DNA of 55,528 bases from Thermoplasmatota archaeon. Lineage in GTDB: Archaea > Thermoplasmatota > E2 > JACPAO01 > JAHFTW01. The translations under genes and the position numbers were made by a program. Numbering within the stretch: the first letter of the stretch is position 1; each line of letters starts with the position of its first letter. Shown here piece after piece: positions 1-8,087 of this stretch. The stretch is from the NCBI GenBank assembly GCA_041601615.1, contig JBFIHX010000016.1, forward strand, positions 1 through 55,528, given 5' to 3'. Under the pieces are notes generated by a model, which had not been told where the DNA came from, ran no database searches, and worked only from the letters and a program-made list of their open reading frames with translations.

Positions 1-117
1 CGTGGGGGCCGATGCGAACCGACGCCTGGCGGGGGCATTTCTATTCATCGTCATAGCGGCATTGTCCCAATCGCTATTGACCGTATGGGGCGGGGCTGGC
101 CGCTCACTCATGTCGCC

Positions 118-183
118 ATCTAACGGTTGAGCTAACGCGCCCTGAGCCGCAGGCGAAGGGTCGCGTTGAGCGATTTGTTATCT
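118..183 (-). repeat. attC site (end of cassette 11)
   Basis: Minus strand reads AGATAAC-AAATC-GCTCAACG...CGTTAGC-TCAACC-GTTAGAT. It has R''/L''/L'/R' boxes with one extra base in L''. The upstream gene's stop codon lies within R''. Confidence 0.95.
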
Positions 184-1203
184 CGTAATGGGCTCGGCAA
201 TGTTCCTGCTTGTCAGGACCACCTGTTTTCCGACGACACGGTTGTGTTCCATGTCATCGTGCGCCTGCACGATTTCATCCATCGTGTATGCCACGATGGG
301 CAGTTTGATGTCGCCCGCGTGAACAGCAGAAGCGATCTCCGCCAGCACGTCGGATGGCAGGTTTGCCGCGCCACCTCCGTACGCAGTGAGGCGCACACCA
401 GTGGGAATGAACTCAATCGGATAGAAGTCTGGGATGATCCACTGATTTGACAGCATTCCCGTGAAACATACGGTGCCCCCGGGCCGCGTGCAACGCAGCG
501 TGTCTTGGAGGGTCGGTTCGCCGACGAGCTCCAACGCACCGTCGACGCCTTCGGGTACCAATTCTCGGACCTTGTGGGTGATGGAACCGTCATCCACGAC
601 GACGTGATCGGCGCCAATCTCCATGAGCTCTGCCACGCGATCTGGCCTGCGTGTCGTGGAGATCACCATGACACCCATGCGTTTGGCAAGGACTGTAGCC
701 AACAGACCGACAGAAGACGTCCCGCCCCGGATCAAGATCGTGTCGCCGGTTTTGACTCGTATGCCCGTATGCAATGAACCGTACGCCGTTTGCAGCACCT
801 CTGGCAATGCGCCCAGGCGGGCCCAATCCAAGTCGGCCCCCACAGGAATCACCGACGATTCTGGCACCAAAGCGTATTCGGCATATCCACCGTCGAAGGA
901 ACGCCCCATACCACCCATGATCGCGACCGCCTTCGAACCGACTGGGAGATTTGTTCCCGGCGCAGCCTCGATGACGCCAGTGGCTTCGATCCCTGGTACG
1001 CGCGGAAAGGTGACTGCAGACCCTGCCAGGCCGAGGCGGGTGTGGAGTTCGGAACGGTTCAGCCCGAACGCTTCGACGCGCAGCAGGACCCACCCTTCAC
1101 GTGGTTCTGGCTTGGGGATATGGCGAATCTGGAGGGCAGTTGGAGGCCCAGGCGTGTCCAGGACAACGGCGCGCATGGTTGGAACGGGTTGTGCAGCTTC
1201 CAT
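178..1203 (-). CDS. MDR-family NADPH:quinone oxidoreductase / zinc-binding dehydrogenase (cassette 11)
   Basis: MRAVVL start, GLNRSE, PRVPGIE, GGYAEY, RGGTSSVG nucleotide-binding motif, GKQVV end. Confidence 0.9.
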   Translation of the reverse strand: MEAAQPVPTMRAVVLDTPGPPTALQIRHIPKPEPREGWVLLRVEAFGLNRSELHTRLGLAGSAVTFPRVPGIEATGVIEAAPGTNLPVGSKAVAIMGGMGRSFDGGYAEYALVPESSVIPVGADLDWARLGALPEVLQTAYGSLHTGIRVKTGDTILIRGGTSSVGLLATVLAKRMGVMVISTTRRPDRVAELMEIGADHVVVDDGSITHKVRELVPEGVDGALELVGEPTLQDTLRCTRPGGTVCFTGMLSNQWIIPDFYPIEFIPTGVRLTAYGGGAANLPSDVLAEIASAVHAGDIKLPIVAYTMDEIVQAHDDMEHNRVVGKQVVLTSRNIAEPITR

Positions 1204-1224
1204 GGCTACAACTACACAACCAGG

Positions 1225-1264
1225 AGTAATATACTATCTACTTAGCAGCAAAGGAGGCGCTACG
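1225..1264. promoter_or_regulatory. Putative operator/promoter, copy 1 of a 40-bp imperfect repeat
   Basis: 32/40 identical to 1844-1883. Lies between the divergent MDR and HxlR genes. Confidence 0.6.
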
Positions 1265-1292
1265 TTGGGGGCAAGTGACTCTTTGATATAGG

Positions 1293-1679
1293 ATGGGGAG
1301 TTACTATATCCCTGATAGCATGGGCCTTGACGACATCCCTGCCGAACCTTGCCAAGCCGCGCCCCAAGGGTGCCACATCAGCGATTTGTTCAGCGTGCTC
1401 AGCAAGGCCCACATGCTGGATATCCTCTACATCTTCGAGCATGCGGGTGAGCCAGTCCGATTCAAGGACCTTGAAGCGCGCCTCGCCATCAGTCCGAACA
1501 CGCTGAGCAGCCGCCTCAAGCAGCTGGTCGAGTCCGGCTTCATCACGCGAAAGAGCTTCGCCGAAATTCCTCCACGCGTTGAGTATGAACCTACGGAGAA
1601 GGCGATTGGTCTGAACCAAGTGTTCCGGGCACTCAATGACTGGGCCCAAGCACATACGCTTCAGCCCGTACTTGTGTAG
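1293..1679 (+). CDS. HxlR-family winged-helix transcriptional regulator (cassette 11)
   Basis: RFKDL...ISPNTLSSRLKQL...EIPPRVEY motif. Start may be 1320. Confidence 0.9.
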   Translation: MGSYYIPDSMGLDDIPAEPCQAAPQGCHISDLFSVLSKAHMLDILYIFEHAGEPVRFKDLEARLAISPNTLSSRLKQLVESGFITRKSFAEIPPRVEYEPTEKAIGLNQVFRALNDWAQAHTLQPVLV

Positions 1680-1843
1680 AGAGCCAACCTGACGGGGCAC
1701 GTTGCGTGCCAGATGGAATCGCGAGTTGCCAGCGCCGTCCGACGGCGCTTGATGTCCGAATCTACGACGCAGGGAGCCAACCCGCGGCTGTGCGTCTGCA
1801 CGAGCGTTGGCATTTCACCCCGCATGAAGGCTCCAGGTTAGGA

Positions 1844-1883
1844 AGTAATTTGCTACACACTTAGGAGCAAAGGAGTCTCTACG
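1844..1883. promoter_or_regulatory. Putative operator/promoter, copy 2 of the 40-bp repeat
   Basis: Contains the inverted repeat TTTGCT-N11-AGCAAA and lies upstream of the NmrA-like gene. Confidence 0.6.
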
Positions 1884-1935
1884 CCGCCGAGAAGTGGTCC
1901 ACTCATATTGCGCGGGTCCATCATGAGTCGGTAAC

Positions 1936-2799
1936 ATGACCATTCTAGTTACAGGCGCCAACGGAAACATCGCAACCATGACCATCCAACAGCTTCGGGC
2001 GGCAGGAAAAGACGTCCGTGCCGTTGTGCGCGACGAGTCAAAAGCAGGCCCCCTGCGTGAAGCTGGCTGTGAGGTCGTGGTGCATGACTTCGACAAGCCG
2101 GTACCTGCCTCGCTTTTCGAGGGCGTCTCATCAGCCCTCTTCCTGACCGCCCCCAACGCCCAAGCCGACCAGCAAATGCACCACCTCATCGAGGCCGCCA
2201 AAGGGACCAACGTCCATGTGGTCCGCCTCTCCGCCATCGGAGCTGCCGCGGATGCACCCACAGCCAACGGACGCCTGCATCACACAAGCGATGAGGAATT
2301 GATTGCATCCGGGCTCAAGTACACGATCTTGCGCCCATCATGGTTCATGCAGAACATCTTCTGGGGCCTCGAATCCATCGCCAAGGAAGGCAAGATCTAC
2401 CAGGGAATGGGCGACGGCAGCATCGGCATGATCGACGTCCGAGACATCGCGGAAGTGGCGGCTCATATACTGCAGCAGGGGGGCCATGTTGGAGAGACGT
2501 TGACCCTGACCGGCCCTGCAAGTGTGACCTGGCACGATTTTGCTAGCGCGGTGGGAACCGCCATTGATCAGCAGGTGGATTACATCCCAGTACCCGTGGA
2601 AGCCGTCAAGCAAGGCGTGCTTGGCATGGGTATGGGCGAATGGTTCGCCGACTTGATGGCAGACTACTCGACCGCATACAGCCAAAACTGGGGCAACATC
2701 GTCACCGAGGACGTGGCCAACGTCCTTGGAAAACCAGCGCGAAGCATCGAGGCATTCAGCACCGAAGTACTGGCCCCAGCGCTACAGGCAACAGCGTAG
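1936..2799 (+). CDS. NmrA-like / atypical SDR NAD(P)H-binding oxidoreductase (cassette 11)
   Basis: ILVTGANGNIA Rossmann motif, TILRPSWFMQN, IDVRDIA, LTGP. Confidence 0.88.
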   Translation: MTILVTGANGNIATMTIQQLRAAGKDVRAVVRDESKAGPLREAGCEVVVHDFDKPVPASLFEGVSSALFLTAPNAQADQQMHHLIEAAKGTNVHVVRLSAIGAAADAPTANGRLHHTSDEELIASGLKYTILRPSWFMQNIFWGLESIAKEGKIYQGMGDGSIGMIDVRDIAEVAAHILQQGGHVGETLTLTGPASVTWHDFASAVGTAIDQQVDYIPVPVEAVKQGVLGMGMGEWFADLMADYSTAYSQNWGNIVTEDVANVLGKPARSIEAFSTEVLAPALQATA

Positions 2800-2896
2800 C
2801 TCCGGCTGCCCGCCCCAATCACCGCTTGCAAGCGGACCTCCCCCATTCTCCAATTGGTGCCCTGCCGGTAATGGCGACGGAATTGGGCGCTATTCG

Positions 2897-2977
2897 AGAT
2901 AACGGCCGAACTGACCCGCCGCTCGCAAAGCGAGCCTGCGAGCAATGCGAGCGGTCGGGTTGAGTGACTTGTTATGT
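2897..2977 (-). repeat. attC site (end of cassette 10)
   Basis: + strand reads AGATAAC GGCCGAACTGACCCG...CGGGTTGAGTGACTT GTTATGT, with a longer central stem. Confidence 0.95.
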
Positions 2978-3742
2978 GCCATTTGAAATCGCAGTCATGA
3001 CCAATTGGAATAACTCATCAGCGCGATTTGTGGACCCAATCGCCCCTCGCTCCCGAGCCAACTGCTTATGCTCGGGCTGGTTGGAGCCTGCATAAATGAC
3101 GAACGGCGTCGTGTGTCCTCTCTTGCGCATTTGCTCAAGAAGAGCGTAGCCTTCCTGAGGCCCTTCCTTGCGCCCCATATCTGAAATGACCGCTGCAAAC
3201 TTCGTCGAATCCATCAAATCCAAGGCTTCGTCTGTTGACAGCGCAAGCGAGAATTCGACACCTTGCGCTTCGAATGCTTGACGTTCGTGGACGTTGTTTT
3301 CCGGTCGATCGTCCACCCAGAGTACGCGGTTTCTCCAATGGCCGTGTTTCATTTGTTTAGCTGATTTTGAGACCGCATCCAGGATCCCTTGGAGTTGAGC
3401 TGGGGCGGAACTTGGACTAGCGCCGGAGTACTTTGCGGCGGCCGTCGCGAGCGAGGCCGCCGAAGCCATTTGGGCCCTTAGGAAGTTATCCTCATTCCGA
3501 AAGTCCGACGGCCCGTAGAGCTTGTTGTGGTGTTTCGCCACCAACCAAAGGAATCCAAAAAACACCAGGACAGGGAACAGGACCATAAAATAGATGAGTG
3601 GCAAAATGTGGCCCGCCAATCCCTGGCCCAGCCCCACCACCATAGACGCAAAACCATATACAAGTACAATGAACAAGGCAATGATGCCCAATGGACTCTT
3701 GGTGAATCCTTGCGCAGAATTCATGAAATCATTCGGGCCCAC
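2972..3742 (-). CDS. Membrane-anchored response-regulator receiver protein (cassette 10)
   Basis: Two N-terminal TM helices, then a REC domain (VLWVDD, VISDM, IYAGS). GTG start follows GGAGG; alternative starts are 3724 and 3817. Confidence 0.8.
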   Translation of the reverse strand: MGPNDFMNSAQGFTKSPLGIIALFIVLVYGFASMVVGLGQGLAGHILPLIYFMVLFPVLVFFGFLWLVAKHHNKLYGPSDFRNEDNFLRAQMASAASLATAAAKYSGASPSSAPAQLQGILDAVSKSAKQMKHGHWRNRVLWVDDRPENNVHERQAFEAQGVEFSLALSTDEALDLMDSTKFAAVISDMGRKEGPQEGYALLEQMRKRGHTTPFVIYAGSNQPEHKQLARERGAIGSTNRADELFQLVMTAISNGT

Positions 3743-3813
3743 ATGACCTCCAGCAGAACCCACGGTTTTAATTTGGCGGTAACACCACAGACCTTGATCT
3801 GTCGGCTGGAGGC

Positions 3814-3873
3814 ACATAACGGTTGAGCTAACGCGCCGAGCGGAGCGAGGTCGCGTTGAGCGATTTGTTAGGT
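3814..3873 (-). repeat. attC site (end of cassette 9)
   Basis: + strand reads ACATAAC GGTTGAGCTAACGCG...CGCGTTGAGCGATTT GTTAGGT. Confidence 0.95.
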
Positions 3874-3958
3874 TGCCTGAGTGACGGCGCCGCGCACATG
3901 ATTGGCGGCCCTACGCGTCGGGGCGACGGCAGCTCAAACTTGCTGATGATCTGGCCGG

Positions 3959-5242
3959 TTAGCGAATCCGGCCGATTGAGCAGAAAGAGTCTCCGAGGTA
4001 GTCGAGTCCGGGCGATTGCGAGACAGTCGCTCCGGTTTTTACTCCCCAACATACGACGATGTCCCCCTGGGGCGTTACGTCCCCGTGCCAGAAGTCGCTG
4101 CCGGCACCAGCCTCGCCAGCCGGGGCTTGATTGACGTCATGTAGGACTTCTACCGGCCATGAGCCGTTGCGCTCTTCGGCAACCACCGGCCTCCAACCTT
4201 CATGGTCCTCGTAGTTCTGCACGCTAGCGAAAGCCAATACCGTGCCGTTCGCGATAACTAAGCTCGGCCGTTGAACGCGTTCGGCGTCTTGAAACAATTC
4301 GCTCACGCGCCAGCCATGTGTATCCTTGCTGGCCACGAAGTAGTGGTTGTCGGCTTCGTTGCTGCGGCCGTCAATGAACGCGTGCACCGGATCCCCCTGA
4401 TTCAAGGCGGCGAATGGGAATTGATGGCCGTTCGTGTACTGGAGGGGTTGGATGGAATCAGGCACCCAGGAGAAGCCGCCGTCGAAGCTTTCGTAGGAAA
4501 CGTAGCTGTACGGAGCGCTAGTTGATGGCGGGAAAGGCACATAGCACCCAACGAGCACGTGATTCGAATCCTCGCGGTCTAGCGTACCATGGCACCACCA
4601 TGAGTCCGGAATGTAGCTACGGACGGTCCATGTCAGGCCGCCGTCGGAGGAATGCCGAAGCCAAAACCTGTTGGGCTCGGCCTCTTCGTCGACTCCAACC
4701 ACATCGTTGCTCAGAAGAAGGAGTTGGCCGTTTCCGTAGGCCATGAGCCATGGTCGATCCGGCTGCGCGGAAGTGCCCAGTCCAAGAGGCAGGAATTCGA
4801 TGAACACGGGTTCGGGACCTTCCACGTTCCAGCTCGTGATCGAGCCACCTACATCACCTAGATCGAAGAAGTACATCTTCCCCGCGTCATCGAATGCGAC
4901 ATCGCCTTCCCAACCATGGTACAATTCGCGCTCCATGCCGGGCATTGGGGCCCATTGCGCGCCGTCCCGCGACCACAAGATATGGCTGGCCAGTTGAGTT
5001 CCTTCATTGGCTGCGCCGCCCTTGTGTGCATGCGCGACCATCATGCCGGACGGGGCGACCTTTACAGCCGGTTCGTAGGAATCGCCCTCGAAAGGCAACT
5101 TGAACGGTTCTGTCCAGTTAATCGAGTCCAAAATCATCGGCGTGTCTGACTTGTCTACGGGGCCTGGGTCCAGTTGGTTGGTCGCACACCCTGCCAACGT
5201 CGTGAAGGCCAAGCAGGACACGAGCGCGGTTGCCCACCTCAT
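3959..5242 (-). CDS. Lipoprotein with BNR/Asp-box repeats, sialidase-like beta-propeller (cassette 9)
   Basis: Lipobox TLAGC after MRW start. Asp-boxes SRDGAQW, SSDGGLTW and SFDGGFSW. DRPWL motif. Confidence 0.8.
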   Translation of the reverse strand: MRWATALVSCLAFTTLAGCATNQLDPGPVDKSDTPMILDSINWTEPFKLPFEGDSYEPAVKVAPSGMMVAHAHKGGAANEGTQLASHILWSRDGAQWAPMPGMERELYHGWEGDVAFDDAGKMYFFDLGDVGGSITSWNVEGPEPVFIEFLPLGLGTSAQPDRPWLMAYGNGQLLLLSNDVVGVDEEAEPNRFWLRHSSDGGLTWTVRSYIPDSWWCHGTLDREDSNHVLVGCYVPFPPSTSAPYSYVSYESFDGGFSWVPDSIQPLQYTNGHQFPFAALNQGDPVHAFIDGRSNEADNHYFVASKDTHGWRVSELFQDAERVQRPSLVIANGTVLAFASVQNYEDHEGWRPVVAEERNGSWPVEVLHDVNQAPAGEAGAGSDFWHGDVTPQGDIVVCWGVKTGATVSQSPGLDYLGDSFCSIGRIR

Positions 5243-5321
5243 GATGCCGAGCGATAGGCGCGGGGGAACAAATGATTTGGGGCCTGGAAAGTCGGCCAAG
5301 GGCGGGCACGTACGGCGGGCA

Positions 5322-5385
5322 ACCTAACGGTCGAACTGACCCGCCGCGAGCGCAGCGAGTGGTCGGGTTGAGTGACTTGTTATCT
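5322..5385 (-). repeat. attC site (end of cassette 8)
   Basis: + strand reads ACCTAAC GGTCGAACTGACCCG...CGGGTTGAGTGACTT GTTATCT. Confidence 0.95.
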
Positions 5386-5430
5386 GGATAGGGAACCAGT
5401 GCTTCCGTTCATTGTAAGAGCCAGCCTGAG

Positions 5431-6117
5431 ATGGGGTCGCTCATGATTGAAGCGATCCGTGAAAGCCTGATGGCGCCCCTCAACGCGAGGGAGCTGGCCT
5501 TTGCCATCTGGGCCCCGATTGTCGCTTCCATCTCGGCCCTGTTTCCCAAGATCAGATACTGGACGGGTCGAAAAATTGCGGCCCTTGGTGATGTCCAAAC
5601 TCTCCGCTGGTGGCTCGGAGTTCTGGTGTTCTCGGTCGGCGTCATCTGGGGTCTAGCATTGCTTGGGCTGTGGTCAGTGACGCTGTTCCGCCCGACGCTC
5701 CTCTGGCTCTTGTTGGTTCCTGGGGCTGTGGCGCTTGGACTGACCAATCGAGGCGAGCGTCGATACGCAAGCGTGGTTGCCGTGAGCCTCGTCGTCTTCG
5801 AGGTGTTGTTCGGGATTCAACCACTCCCCCTCTGGTTGGAAATCAGCCTTTGGCCGCTTTATGGCGTTGCAGCGATTGTGTCAGGCGTTGCCTTGGGGTA
5901 TGGTCGGACAACATTGGGTCATGGCATTCATGTGTTCATCATTCTGGTGACGCTGTCGATTCTAGCGTACTCGGTGTGGGCTCTGATCGCCAACTGGAAC
6001 CAGCTTGACAAGCTGTTGCTGATGTTTCCGGTTTTCATGGCCACGGTACTGCTTGGCATCCAGTGGCTAGGGGTGCGGTTGAAGCTGCTTGAAAGCCACC
6101 GGGACTCGCCGGCGTAG
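5431..6117 (+). CDS. Hypothetical multi-pass membrane protein (cassette 8, oriented against the array)
   Basis: 228-aa ORF with about 7 hydrophobic segments, filling the cassette. Confidence 0.7.
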   Translation: MGSLMIEAIRESLMAPLNARELAFAIWAPIVASISALFPKIRYWTGRKIAALGDVQTLRWWLGVLVFSVGVIWGLALLGLWSVTLFRPTLLWLLLVPGAVALGLTNRGERRYASVVAVSLVVFEVLFGIQPLPLWLEISLWPLYGVAAIVSGVALGYGRTTLGHGIHVFIILVTLSILAYSVWALIANWNQLDKLLLMFPVFMATVLLGIQWLGVRLKLLESHRDSPA

Positions 6118-6125
6118 CCCTATCC

Positions 6126-6189
6126 AGATAACGACTGAGCTAACGCGCCTCGACCGAAGGGAGAGGTCGCGTTGAGCGATTTGTTAGGG
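6126..6189 (-). repeat. attC site (end of cassette 7)
   Basis: + strand reads AGATAAC GACTGAGCTAACGCG...CGCGTTGAGCGATTT GTTAGGG. Confidence 0.95.
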
Positions 6190-6206
6190 GGCCTGCCATG
6201 CATTCG

Positions 6207-7127
6207 TCAAGCGGACTTTCTGTAAGCCCCTGCAGCGGATAACGCGAAACTGATTCGCTCCTCGAGCCAATTCCCAACTGTGTACCGGCCAACCATTAGG
6301 TCCATCGTTGCCCGGTCTACATCCGCATGCTCTTGCATTTTTTCGCGCACCTCGACCAGGCCAGTGACCGTCGGCCGCCAAATCGTGGTCTGCAGAAACG
6401 GGCCGTCCACGTTGGCCCATACAGAGCCGGGAATCGAGAGGACCGCCTCCTGTAAGTGCTGCGGCGCACGGTCCGAGTTGGGATGGATTCGGATTTCGCC
6501 CACCGCGCCCGAGTCCATGCAACCGTAATCCACGGTGCCACTCACAAACGCGACTTTGCCTGCTTCCAGCGCGTCCAACCTGCGTCGGACAGTCTTCACG
6601 GAACATTGCGCTGCTTCCGCTAGATCTGCCATTTTGGCGCGCGGGTCATGGAACATCTTGGCAATCAGGGTCCAATCGGTTTCATCCAATTCCGCTCGTG
6701 CGGGCGGCATGGGTACCTCCCACGCGACGGGGTTGGTGTTGGTGATTTGGCCCACCAGCCCACGCCGGCGCTCCATCTCGGCCGAGTTGGCGTAATAGAG
6801 GACGACTCCGAAGCCTCCCTCGAACAAGTCAAAGACCCATTGGACGCCATCGATGAGGGCTATTTGTTCGAGCGCCGGCTTCTTGTTGGCCTCTGGAAAT
6901 GGCCCCGTCTGGATGCGCGCCATGCCGTGGCCGAAGACGGATGGATTGACCACCAGGTACCATTCTCGCATGAAGCCCGATTCTTGCATACGGTAGATGC
7001 GTGCCCGCACCGTATCTTCGTCGATGCCCACTTGTTTGCCCACGGCGCGCATCGATTCGCGCGGATTCCAGTTGAACCCTGCCGGAGCGCTCAGGTAGCG
7101 CATGATTTCTGCATCTGTGATGTCCAT
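6207..7127 (-). CDS. Tandem Lrp/AsnC-type HTH transcriptional regulator (cassette 7)
   Basis: Two AsnC-like HTH segments: MDITDAEIM..TVRARIYRMQESG and LDETDWTLI..DPR..TVRRRLDAL. Confidence 0.8.
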   Translation of the reverse strand: MDITDAEIMRYLSAPAGFNWNPRESMRAVGKQVGIDEDTVRARIYRMQESGFMREWYLVVNPSVFGHGMARIQTGPFPEANKKPALEQIALIDGVQWVFDLFEGGFGVVLYYANSAEMERRRGLVGQITNTNPVAWEVPMPPARAELDETDWTLIAKMFHDPRAKMADLAEAAQCSVKTVRRRLDALEAGKVAFVSGTVDYGCMDSGAVGEIRIHPNSDRAPQHLQEAVLSIPGSVWANVDGPFLQTTIWRPTVTGLVEVREKMQEHADVDRATMDLMVGRYTVGNWLEERISFALSAAGAYRKSA

Positions 7128-7233
7128 GGACCCGTGACCCGTCCGGTGAATGGGACACGAGGCGGATTATGTTTCGCATGCGCCGCGCCCAGCCAGGCGT
7201 GGCCCTTAGTACCGTTGAACATCTGACTCATTC

Positions 7234-7905
7234 ATGCGCCCTACACTTGCGCCGCACGCCAGCACACGAACATCCAATCTCCTCCTGATTGTCGGGGTCT
7301 TAGCCGCCATCTCACTTTCATTGTGGCACCCGCGCGGGCCGGACGTTCATGAAATGGGGGCCCACGGGGACACATGGTTTGTCATGCACCTGATTGGATC
7401 CGTGGGATTCCTCACGATTGCCGTCGCGGCGATGCTTCGCCTGCAGCATGCCACCACAGGCCTGGCAGCCAGCGGGTATGCCTTTGTGGCCGCAGGCGGC
7501 CTGTTCACAGCGCTCGAATTCGTCATCGACGGTGCGGTTGGATCGGCGCTGGCTCCTTTCGTTGCCGAAAGCGGACCTACGCCTCTGTGGGAAACGGCGT
7601 ATTACCTTGAACGTGGCTTCAGTGCCCTTGGCTTGGGAGCCTACTCCATTGGTGTCGCTCAATGGATTGCGAGCACGCTCACAGGGTCCGGGCTTGGCAT
7701 GCGGATCGCCGCAGGGTTTGGCCTATTGGGTTGCCTCGGTGCCTTCGGCGCCGGCGTCCTCTTTGTCGGATTCGCCTTGCCCGTCGGCCCGCTGTTTGCA
7801 TTGATGCCTCTCACGTTCATCTGGTTCGGAGTACACAGCGTCAGCCAGTTGCGGCTGCACGGCCAGTCCCTCGAAGCGACCCAGCCCGTGGGACGCCTCG
7901 CATAG
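7234..7905 (+). CDS. Hypothetical membrane protein, divergent from the regulator (cassette 7)
   Basis: 223-aa ORF with about 6 TM segments. Confidence 0.7.
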   Translation: MRPTLAPHASTRTSNLLLIVGVLAAISLSLWHPRGPDVHEMGAHGDTWFVMHLIGSVGFLTIAVAAMLRLQHATTGLAASGYAFVAAGGLFTALEFVIDGAVGSALAPFVAESGPTPLWETAYYLERGFSALGLGAYSIGVAQWIASTLTGSGLGMRIAAGFGLLGCLGAFGAGVLFVGFALPVGPLFALMPLTFIWFGVHSVSQLRLHGQSLEATQPVGRLA

Positions 7906-7966
7906 TAGCCCCGCGAATCGAGGGCGGGATTAGGGGGGCTAGCAGCTATGCAGCGCTCGCCAGGCC

Positions 7967-8030
7967 GCCTAACGGTTGAGCTAAGCCGCCTCGAACGGAG
8001 TGAGAGGTCGGCTTGAGCGATTTGTTAGAT
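7967..8030 (-). repeat. attC site (end of cassette 6)
   Basis: + strand reads GCCTAAC GGTTGAGCTAAGCCG...CGGCTTGAGCGATTT GTTAGAT. Confidence 0.95.
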
Positions 8031-8087
8031 GGCGGAATTTGCAATACCGGTCAATGTAGATTCCGGACACGGCGCCCCCGAAACGTG

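Noticed and set aside
1-111. ORF start in the partial 12th cassette (minus-strand ATG at 111)
   Set aside because: Only about 37 codons are visible before the window edge, which is not enough to support a gene call.
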